Origin: Eledone cirrhosa
Taxonomy: Eukaryota
Assembly (NCBI GenBank): GCA_964016885.1
Contig: OZ024742.1
Location: forward strand, 219,480,001 to 219,544,000
Direction of reading: 5' to 3'
DNA: 64,000 nucleotides
In this document: positions 53,694-64,000 of the stretch, in pieces
Position numbering within the stretch: the first letter of the stretch is position 1
Layout: each line of letters starts with the position of its first letter
The notes under the pieces: generated by a model
Told to the model about the DNA's origin: nothing
Databases searched by the model: none
What the model saw: only the letters and a program-made list of their open reading frames with translations
Program-made: the position numbers and the translations under genes

Positions 53694-54527
53694 CCATAAT
53701 GACCATTCACAGCCTACGGCCTGCTATCTTCACACACACGCACGTATATGCATACCCATACGCATACACACACACACATCTATATTTATACACGCACACA
53801 TGTTTTTACAACCTACCACCTTTCACACCCTTTGATTTCCAGCTTCTACAGCCCACTATCTTTCACACACAAACGCACTCACACATATACACACACAGTT
53901 ACACACACATGTATACCCATACGCTTACACACACACATCTATATTTATACACGCACACATATTTTACAACCTACCACCTTTCACACCCTTTGATTTCCAA
54001 CTTCTACAGCCCACTATCTTTCACACACACACACACTCACACATATACACACTTACACTTATACACACAGTTACACACACATATATATTTACATACACAT
54101 ATCTTACGGCTTTCACACGCTAACGCACCCTCTTGATTTAACCCATTTGGTCAGTAGCTTTTGCCACAGCCTATCACGCGCACGCGCATTCTTTCCCTCG
54201 TTTAAATTTTAAATATTTTTCTCCCCATAACGGCATTCCTGTCTTAACGACATCACAACTTTCTCCGCTTGGCCTGTTTCCCCCCTTTTGGAACTTTTCC
54301 CCCGTTGATGGGCGTGAGCCCGAAATATTGGGATTAAATCTCTACTACGGTAACCCTTCTACCTTTGTTTTGTTTTCATCTTTGTCTCTCTCAATTTTCA
54401 CTTTCACCTGTTTTTCCTATCTATATTTCACTTCCTACCTCGAGATTTCCCTTTGCATTGTTGTGGCTTTCTTAAATACGTATTTTTACACATTTCACAA
54501 TGCTTCAAGCAAACTTTAACACCCTCA
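53694..54527 (+). mobile_element. 3' UTR/pseudo-LTR of the Penelope-like element, with internal ~160-bp duplication
   Basis: Follows the ORF to the next (TA)n; 53755-53900 is repeated at 53917-54055. Confidence 0.65.
54298..54333 (+). ncRNA. Degenerate minimal hammerhead (family G), core CCGUUGA
   Basis: tccc CCGTTGA t gggc gtga gccc GAAA ta TT ggga. Confidence 0.55.
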
Positions 54528-54857
54528 TATATATATATATATATATATACATGCACATATATATATATTTAATATAGAAATGGCTTTTACAGGACTAAAA
54601 CTATTTCATTCGATATATATCTCCTTATAATATATAACAACCAATTTCTCTGTCTGTCTGTCCGACAGTGGAAACACGTGCGCGCGTGCGAATGTTTTTT
54701 GCGCACGCGTAGAGAGAGAGAGACTACAAAAGGGGGATAGCGGGAGGGAGAGAGGGGGGAATTGAGGAGTGCTACAGAAACATATATACATTTCTGTGTG
54801 TGTGTAATATATATATATATATACACACACAGAAATATATATACATTTCTGTGTGTG

Positions 54858-54935
<78 letters not shown>

Positions 54936-55101
54936 AATTAGTATATCTAGTAACATATATATACACAGATGCATACTTATGCTAGCAAATATATAGGTTT
55001 TGTCTTAGTAACTTTGTGGTTCAATGCATGGGGATGCAGAACAATAATATGAGAGACGTAAAATAAGAAAATTATAAAATTGACTTACTTACTAAAATTT
55101 C

Positions 55102-55183
55102 ACTCCAACTAATTAGTTTCTGAAAGGGAATAAACATAGTTTCCGAAGAAACGTACGGAGAAGCCTTTCGTCATCAGGGAAGT
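55102..55183 (-). ncRNA. Hammerhead family H
   Basis: Reverse complement of 55922-56003. Confidence 0.7.
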
Positions 55184-55921
55184 CTATTCTCAGCTAAGTT
55201 TCCAGGCAATACGTGGACACAGGGAACTTATACAAAAATAATTCAGTGGATGGAAAAAAGCAAAGCGTGGACTAAGTTCCAAGCCATTGAAAAAATCACT
55301 GCCTACTGCGTCGGTGGCAAATTCAAAAGAATCAATCACGTGACATCGAGGTCAATCAGTGAAGAGTGGTTTGTTAAGAAGACAGCAGCCGGACCGTTAC
55401 TATAGTAGCAGTTTTCGCCAATTTTTGCTCGACAAAATAATTTGGAGATAATTATAAAGAATTAGTATATCTAGTAACATATATATACACAGATGCATAC
55501 TTATGCTAACAAATATATAGGTTTTGTCTTAGTAACTTTGTGGTTCAATGCATGGGGAGGCAGAACAATAATATGAGAGACGTAAAATAAGAAAATTATA
55601 AAATTAACTTAGGAGTGAAATTTTAGTAAGTAAGTTAATTTTATAATTTTCTTATTTTACGTCTCTCATATTATTGTTCTGCATCCCCATGCATTGAACC
55701 ACAATGCATGGGGATGCTGCTGTCTTCTTAACAAACCACTCTTCACTGATTGACCTCGATGTCACGTGATTGATTCTTTTGAATTTGCCACCGACGCAGT
55801 AGGCAGTGATTTTTTCAATGGCTTGGAACTTAGTCCACGCTTTGCTTTTTTCCATCCACTGAATTATTTTTGTATAAGTTCCCTGTGTCCACGTATTGCC
55901 TGGAAACTTAGCTGAGAATAG

Positions 55922-56003
55922 ACTTCCCTGATGACGAAAGGCTTCTCCGTACGTTTCTTCGGAAACTATGTTTATTCCCTTTCAGAAACTAATTAGTTGG
56001 AGT
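55922..56003 (+). ncRNA. Hammerhead family H with expanded helix II
   Basis: acttcc CTGATGA c gaaagg [insert incl. gtttc-ttcg-gaaac] cctttc a GAAA ctaattag TT ggagt. Confidence 0.7.
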
Positions 56004-56059
56004 GAAATTTTAGTAAGTAAGTTAATTTTATAATTTTCTTATCTTAGGTCTCTCATATA

Positions 56060-56081
56060 TATATATATATATATATATTTC

Positions 56082-56139
<58 letters not shown>

Positions 56140-56155
56140 GAAATATATATATATT

Positions 56156-56186
<31 letters not shown>

Positions 56187-56872
56187 TACACACACAGAAA
56201 TGTATATATTTCTGTGTGTATATATATATATATTACACACACAGAAATGTATATATATATACACACAGAAATATATATACATCCCTTAGCTACTGTACTG
56301 TATCTGTTGCTATCTCTCTCTCTCTCTCTCCAGCTATCCCTCTCTTTTCGTCTGTCTGTTTCTCTCACTCTCACTCTTTCTCTTTGTAACACACTAACAT
56401 TCCTCCCCTCTATCGCTGTGACGAATGGGGAGATGGAGGAGGAGGAGGAGGAGGAGGAGAGAGTCACTTCGTCACTTCACCTTTGAGTCGGACACCATGC
56501 TTCATAGCATGGAGTTACGTCCCTTTACGGTCTGAGTTCAAATACCGCCGAGGTTAACTTTGCTTTTCATCCTCACAGGGTCGATAAAATATAGTACCAG
56601 TAATGTACTGGGTAATTGCTGGCTTTGTGTCAAAAGTAGAAACAATTATTAGAAACATTGCTTCATTTTTACATATCTAAGCATTAGTAAAATAACTAAT
56701 AATTTCAAAAGTAATTTTTCAATTCCAATTGATAATAATTTTGTTCTAAGAAATATATATACATTTCTGTGTGTGTAATATATATATATACACACAGAAA
56801 TATATATACATTTCTGTGTGTGTAATATATATATATACACACACAGAAATATATATACATTTCTGTGTGTGT

Positions 56873-56906
<34 letters not shown>

Positions 56907-56934
56907 GAAATATACATACATTTCTGTGTGTGTA

Positions 56935-56999
<65 letters not shown>

Positions 57000-57005
57000 G
57001 AAATA
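56060..57005. repeat. Palindromic minisatellite acacacagaaat(at)n..atttctgtgtgt (also 54770-54860), interrupted by a SINE at 56495-56648 (+)
   Basis: Direct reading. Confidence 0.8.
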
Positions 57006-57548
57006 TATGGGCATTTCACTGTTTGTCTGTCTGTCTGTCTGTCCTTCCCTAAAACTCAAATGTAGGTGCTACAGAAATATTACCTTCCCCTTCCTTTCTC
57101 CACTTTGGTACTACCAAGAAAAACACTGTCGCTATAGAAACATTACCTTCCCCTCTCCACTGATTTTGGTCACTGAGGCCGAGGGAATCGCTGGTTGCTA
57201 TAGAGACACCTTGCACAAGCCAGAAGTAACCAGTTCGAGGCGGTTCTGACTTAACACCATGCCAAGGACAATTTGAAGATATATTTCCATCGTTATATCA
57301 TAACGTTTATGTATCATAACGTTTATATTTCCGTCACTAATCTCTTTTTCTCCTTTTTCGTTTTAACATATATTTATTTCAAAGATTTCACCGTATAGAT
57401 AACATATATATTTATACATGCATAAAAGACACACCGAGAGACGGTGAACATGTGGTGCCGAAAACATTTCTCATCCAAATCTCAACAATATCAGTATATA
57501 CACTAGATTTGCTAGCAGAAAACCGCCCACCGGGTGGTTTTCTGCTAG

Positions 57549-58741
57549 TCTGTATATATATAAAATTAAGTATGTGTGTGTGTGTCTGTGTGTCTGTGCA
57601 TTACCTATAGAGGCCTACATCTTACAACCGATTTTCATGAAACTTTATAGGCTGATAGGTTAGTCATCGAGGAGTGGTTTCTATATATCAGTGTACCGTT
57701 TTTTTTTTTTATTCCGGAGTCATTCTGAAGATAAAAATCGATAGGGGAATCACCTTTTTTTAGGTATCGAAAAATAAGATTTTTGACTCTAGCTCCCACA
57801 TTTTGCCACCGATTTTGTTCAAATTTTAAAGCAAAATAGAATTTATCATTGCACATCCTGTAATGGCTTTATATTTTGCATTTGGTGTTCAAGGACGGCG
57901 TGGCAGCCGCTTAAATATTCAAAAGTACCAATTTTAGACTCAAATTTCCACTTTTTCGGCTCTAGCTCCCACATTAATCAACCTACTTTGTTCAGATTTT
58001 ACACTACGCTAGATCTGATTATTTCACGTCTTAAAGTGGCTTTACATTTTGGATTTTTTGTTCAGGAACGGCGTGACAGCCGTTTAAATATTCGAAAATA
58101 CCACCTTTTCGCTCAAATTTCCGCCTTTTCAGCTCCAGCTCCCACATTTTTCAACCGATTTCGTTCAAATTCGAAACATCGGCTCCACCTCACACATAAA
58201 TTAATTTATTTGGTTCAACTTTTATACTACGATAGAACCTATCACTGCACATCTTATAGTAGCTTTACACTTTGCATTTTTTTTTGTTCAGGGACGGCGC
58301 CCTATCATTAGCTCCCACATTTTTCAAACAATTTCGTTCAAATTCGAAACTTCGGCTACACCTCACACATAAATCAATCTATTTGGTTCAACTTTTATAC
58401 TACGATAGAACCTATCATTGCACATTGTATACATGGTCAAAGGCAAAACGATGGTCACTGACGTCGTCTGAGCTTTTAGTTGTGTATTTGAGAATTCATC
58501 GGTTTCCAATCAAGTAGCGTGAGGAAATTTGGCTTAGTGTTAGAGGTCATTACCTCCCTCCCCCAGCATGCCCCTTCGTCAGTCACCCGCGTTTCTCAGT
58601 GATAGAGGTCATCACCACTCTCTCCCGCATGGCCTGTGTGGCCATAGATGAGTCATCGAGAAGCAGTCGCTAAGATCAACACCTTTTCATCAAAGCAGAT
58701 ATTATTTTACCTACCCAGGCAACGCTGGGTACTGCTGCTAG
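57549..58741 (+). mobile_element. Non-autonomous Helitron-like element, abutting another Helitron 3' end at 57511-57548
   Basis: 5' tctgtatatatataaaa...(tg)n tctg; internal tandem repeats; 3' hairpin cccag-gcaacg-ctggg then CTAG at 58738-58741. Confidence 0.7.
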
Positions 58742-59890
58742 TATATAATAAACCAAAGATTGGTGTATCAAATCATATTAATCAAGCATATATATGATAT
58801 GTTCTGCATGTTAAAAGTTGATTCTGTTCTGCTGTCTTGTCTTCAATAATCAATAACACGGACGTAAAACGGTGATGATGATGATGATGATGATGATTCA
58901 ACAAAAAGAATTTTAATCAACATTCAGATAATGATGATGATGATGATTATTATTATTATTATTATTTAACATCTACTTTCCCTGCTAGCAAGAGTTGTAT
59001 GGGTCTATATAGACCAAGTCAATACTAAGCAAGGCTACTGATCTCCCAGACAGGCAAGCTTTCTATCACCAATCACTTTACAGCATGTACTGGGTGCATT
59101 TATTGTGTAGGTCACCAACACTAGGAAAGCTGTCATGTCCTTCACATTAATGGGAGTCCTCCCAACCATTTGTTTGGCAAGCTTTCTCTGGTTGGACACC
59201 CTTCCTATCACCAACCACTGTACAGCATGTACTGGGTGCATTTATTGTGTAGATCACCAACACTAGGAAGGCTGTCATGCCCTTGACATGACCGAAGATT
59301 CCTCCTATTAAAAGAAAAAAAAATTACTCCTTTCTCTCAAGCAGACACAGAACGTTCACATTGAACACTGCTGATACCATTACCAAACAACATTACAATC
59401 CTTTTTAATACAGTTGACGTTGTTTTCACGAAGATAAAGAAAATATTTTCGTTGCCAACAGAGATAAAAGATTGATGACATTCTTTTCTTGATCTATTAC
59501 TTTCTTTAAATTCTCCTGACACCATAATTAGGTTACACTGATCACAGAAACTACCTACTACTACATATGGACTTCATTTCATGAGGGCATAAATATTCAG
59601 GTCAAATGACCCTGTTTTGCTCATACGGATCTGTATTATGGTGTGGTTTCTATGGCTGGATGTCCTTTCTAATGCCAGCCCCCTTATTATGTGGACTGGG
59701 TGCTTTGTTGTTGTAGCACCAGATCACTATATGAGGTGGACTTTGTTGTTTTTTTGTGTTGGGGGAAACATAAATACATATACATATATATATGTGTGTG
59801 TGTGTGTATGTAAAAGGTAAACAGAAATAACAACACAATTGGTGCAGTATATGGAATATTAGTTTAAGGCTTGAAATAGCAGGAAAAGGG

Positions 59891-59926
59891 TCTTAACGTT
59901 TCGGATGCTAGTCCTTCATCAGAAGA
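59891..59926 (-). ncRNA. Minimal type I hammerhead (family I)
   Basis: Minus strand: tctt CTGATGA a gga ctagca tcc GAAA cg TT aaga; AACGUU palindrome forms helix III. Confidence 0.8.
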
Positions 59927-60609
59927 AAGAATGGGAAATTAGAAAGATTGAAGAGGCGAGCAGGGCAGAATTGGAAGAGTTCGTGTTACCATCTCTTGGA
60001 AAACTGTTGATGCTGGCGTTTCATGCATGATATACTTTTTTTTAGAAAAGTGGCTGATGGACCGCATCTATATGAAAGGGAAAAAATACGTTTTGTATAT
60101 AGAGCTGTACGTGTGCACGTGTGTATGTGTGTCTGTGTGTGTTATTATACGTCTGTACGAAGCTAAGAGGATATATGTGTGTATATGTAAGTAAAAGAGT
60201 GTGTGTGTGTGTGAGCTTGTAAGTACAAAGCTGTGAGCAAATGTATACATATATATTGCAGATGATCAAGATGCTTATACATGGATGTTCCACTGTAATA
60301 TTGTGATGATAAGCTGATTCAAAAGATCCAAAAGCACTTCACGTCAGTAGATTATCCCAGCAAAAAGTTGGTGGTAAGGAGTGACAGAGTATTCATTTAT
60401 TAATTATAAGTTGTTAGGACTTCACCGTAATTGCTTTATTGCATGATATATATTTCTGTGACATGGTTATGCATGTGACTTCAGATGGTCATACAAGTTA
60501 TGCAATCATGGGGATATGTCACTGGTCATGCGTTACCATCCTGTTGTGATGCTGGAGGATACATGATGCGTATGTAAACATAAACATAAACATATAAACA
60601 TAAACATAT

Positions 60610-60651
<42 letters not shown>

Positions 60652-62009
60652 ATACATATATATATATATACATATACACATACAGGCATAAACATACATA
60701 TACACATACAGGCATAAACATACATATACACATACAGGCATAAACATACATATATAGAAGCACACACATATACACATATATGTGCATACACACACACACG
60801 CACATTTGAACGCCTGTACACACTTATCAACATGCTCACATATATACACATAAAATGTGCACAAACATGTAAATAACTACATGCTTCCACACAGGCATGC
60901 ATACATACAGATATGAATATGAATATACAAGTTCCAGTTCATACATATGCATATGCATGGGGCAGGTGGGTGTATGGGTAGTGTGGTGGTGATAGGGAGA
61001 GGATGGGGATGGTAGTGGTTGCAGAGAATTAAAGAATTTGGTATGGTGAAGATTATTGGAATATATAATCTATGATGGATAAATGAATGATGGTGGGGTG
61101 GTATTGATGTTAAGAGATATGTGAAATATGACTTCAGGAGATACAACTATAATGGAGGTTGAGAATATTATGGGATTATATATATGATGATAGTTGTAGT
61201 GGTGGGGTGGTGTGTGTGTGTGTGTGTTAGGTGCACATAAGATGTAAGAATTGACAATGGCAAAAATACAATAAAATAAATCAAAAATAAGAGAAAATTA
61301 GAAAAAATGTTAGAAAACAATAAAATAAATAAAATAACTTTTTTTAAATTAAAAATTAAAAGATTAGTAAATTATTAAATAAAAAAATTTTTTAAATTAT
61401 TAAAAAGTTATTTTAAAAATTAATATTTTTTTTCTTTTCAAATTTAAAAATTTGAAATTTGAAAGTGATAATGATATAGTATGGGATTAGAGGAATGTAA
61501 GGATTAAAGAGTATGGTGTATGGCATATGATGTTTAGGATAAAATGAATGAGGTTAGATATAATAATAATAGTAATAACAACAATAATAATTGTTTCTAC
61601 TTTAGGAAGATAGCGTTAAGCATAATAGGGGTGTATATGAAAGCATATAACCAGCCAAGTTTGCACTATACATAAACACATGTTCCACGGCAGCATATCA
61701 ACTAAAGCAAATTTTATTTTTATATACATCTAAACTTCCTGTCTGTTGACAATGTATTGAATAATTCTTGAATAATGAGTTTTCTGTACCTTTGAAATAT
61801 GCATAATAGGATGACGTATGAAATAACATGCGATACCATTTCTCTTCTTTTTCTTAATATTGGTATTTTTTCCTTCTTTTTATTATTTTATTATGTTTAT
61901 CCTTGGCATTGTATTTCCTTGAGTTATGTCTTGAAACAATTATAAAGCATTAAATGTTTTAAGAACTCTTTCCTAACATCTGAATTTGTTATATATATAT
62001 ATCTCATTA

Positions 62010-62670
62010 TCATTATCATCATCATCATCGTTTAACATCCATTTTTCTACGCTAGCATGGGTTAGATAAGTTGTCCTATTGTGAGACAAGTCAGGTCAGA
62101 TGACCCTGTCTCTCTAACACAGAACTTGCTTTCTATGGCTAGATGCCCTTCCTAATACCAACTACATTTACAGTCTGGACTGGGTGCTTTTTATCATGGC
62201 ACCAAAAAGACCACTTTACAGATTTTTGCTCCTTCTCGGGCACATGGGAAGGCGGGTCTTCTGCAGTACTGTTTGGAAAGGGGGAGTGGGTGGAAGAAGT
62301 GGTGCACACTAGAGCCCACTACATGTTGTTACAACCTGTGTGCATGGGAAGGTGGGTCTTCTGCAGTATTGCAAAACGCCACAGAACTTGATCTTGTGAT
62401 ATCACCTTTGAGAGGTACAATTGTGTGAGGTCAGTTTTTATCACTTCTGCATACGGCATCCAGGTCTCCTATAATTTTACTGTTCATATACATGCATCTT
62501 ACAATCTATCCTTCATTTTGAGGGGAAAACCATTTGTAGCTAGCAGAAATTGTAGCTCACTGAATTTTCGCCAACCCATTTTCACTCTGGCTACTGTACA
62601 TTCGGAAGACCTACCTCCACTGCTAATTTGGTCATCCAGGTGTGATCTTTTTTCTACAGAACCCTCTAAG
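62010..62670 (-). mobile_element. RTE LINE 3' fragment with internal deletions
   Basis: (CAT)n tail at 62010-62028; RT C-terminal remnants at 62480-62640. Confidence 0.75.
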
Positions 62671-62714
<44 letters not shown>

Positions 62715-63230
62715 TCATCATCATCATCATCATCATCGTTTAACGTCCATGTTCCACGCTTGCATGGGTTTGGACGGGAGTTTTCCACTTGAGGCAAGAG
62801 TGGTTGTCTTGCTCGCATAGGACTGTCTAGCGGGTTTTCTACAGCTGGATGCCCTTCCTAACACCAACCACATTTACAGTGTGAGACTGGGAGGTTTTTA
62901 CCGTGTTGCCTACACGGCCACATTACAGCGTGGACTGTGTGTTTTTTGTCGTGACACCTACACGATCTCATTTGTTTCGGCCTGGATGTTGTGGCACCAA
63001 CGTAACTTTACATTGAAAGGGGTGGTAGAGATGCTTACTGACTGTAGTAGGTTTACTTTGTATTTAGGCAAGGCGGGTCTTCTCTATTACTGAGTGCCGC
63101 CAAAGATCTCGGTCCAGTGACATTGTCTTGGAGAGGTGTAAGTGTGTGAGGTCGGAATTTATCAGGTCGTCCCAGGTTTTTCTGGGTCTGCCTACTCCGT
63201 GGCTACCGTCTATCTTTATTGCCCTGCACT
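62715..63230 (-). mobile_element. RTE LINE 3' end, close relative of 4329-4880
   Basis: Colinear high similarity; (TA)n flanks. Confidence 0.9.
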
Positions 63231-63233
63231 GCA

Positions 63234-63470
<237 letters not shown>

Positions 63471-63482
63471 GTATATATATAT

Positions 63483-63594
63483 GAAAAGAGTCAGGACCCC
63501 GATGGCTGAACTGCGGCTGTTTTGACAGCTAGATCAGTTCGGATTTAGCTGTCGAAATGGCCGGAGCTCAGCCGTCAGGGTCCTGACTCTTTTC
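63483..63594 (+). repeat. 112-nt near-perfect hairpin
   Basis: ~53-bp arms, 6-nt loop agttcg. Confidence 0.85.
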
Positions 63595-63674
63595 CTATTA
63601 CCCACTCTACTACTCTAAGTATTGAGTACTCTGGTTTGTTATGGTCCACCTGGTATCTTACCACACCCTCTTTG

Positions 63675-63721
<47 letters not shown>

Positions 63722-64000
63722 CATCATCGTTTTTATAACCACTTTTCCAAGTTGGCATGAATCAGATAGAACTTTACAGGTAACATTAGAATATACTGTA
63801 CTTATTCTAAAATCTGTGGTTGAAATATTCAATAGAAAAAATCAAAGAAAGCAGTGGTGCAACAAAATGAAGAAGAGTTCTAGCTTCTTGCTGTAGACAC
63901 ATTCTCAAAATATTGACCAATTTCTATCAACATTTTAAAATACATTTTAAAAACATGTTTTTCTTTCCTTTGTGTGATAAAAATCAACTTGTAATGATTA

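Larger units (their letters stand above)
55048..56055. repeat. Inverted-repeat hammerhead element (arms ~55048-55389 / 55716-56055)
   Basis: Reverse-complement arms; 54930-55087 is also repeated directly at 55454-55610. Confidence 0.85.

Overview
AT-rich, repeat-saturated eukaryotic DNA. The (TA)n/(CA)n tracts, RTE LINEs with (GAT)n tails and tRNA-head SINEs suggest a cephalopod/Octopus genome (inference). Only one host coding exon is recognisable: a 41-bp first exon on the minus strand (25692-25732, MDTTQGDAVKVALR|GT) resembling a KIF21-like kinesin start, so the left ~25 kb is probably its first intron. The rest is decayed RTE LINEs, two Penelope-like elements (PLEs) with RT and/or GIY-YIG ORFs, CRE-like endonuclease scraps, SINEs, non-autonomous Helitrons, a 40-bp satellite and microsatellites. 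The main unannotated signal, found by eye, is a dense set of hammerhead ribozyme (HHR) motifs. There are 11 with an intact CUGAUGA/GAAA/UH core plus several variant or decayed ones, in about 9 unrelated sequence families. Most have (near-)palindromic helix III and an unpaired base at the foot of helix II, and they sit in inverted-repeat or ~400-bp tandem, mostly non-coding elements inserted in (TA)n. These look like PLE pseudo-LTRs or retrozyme-like elements. One further repeat (47269-47333, duplicated at 47991-48055) holds all HHR core blocks in an unusual pseudoknotted order. All folds were paired by hand and are not tested.
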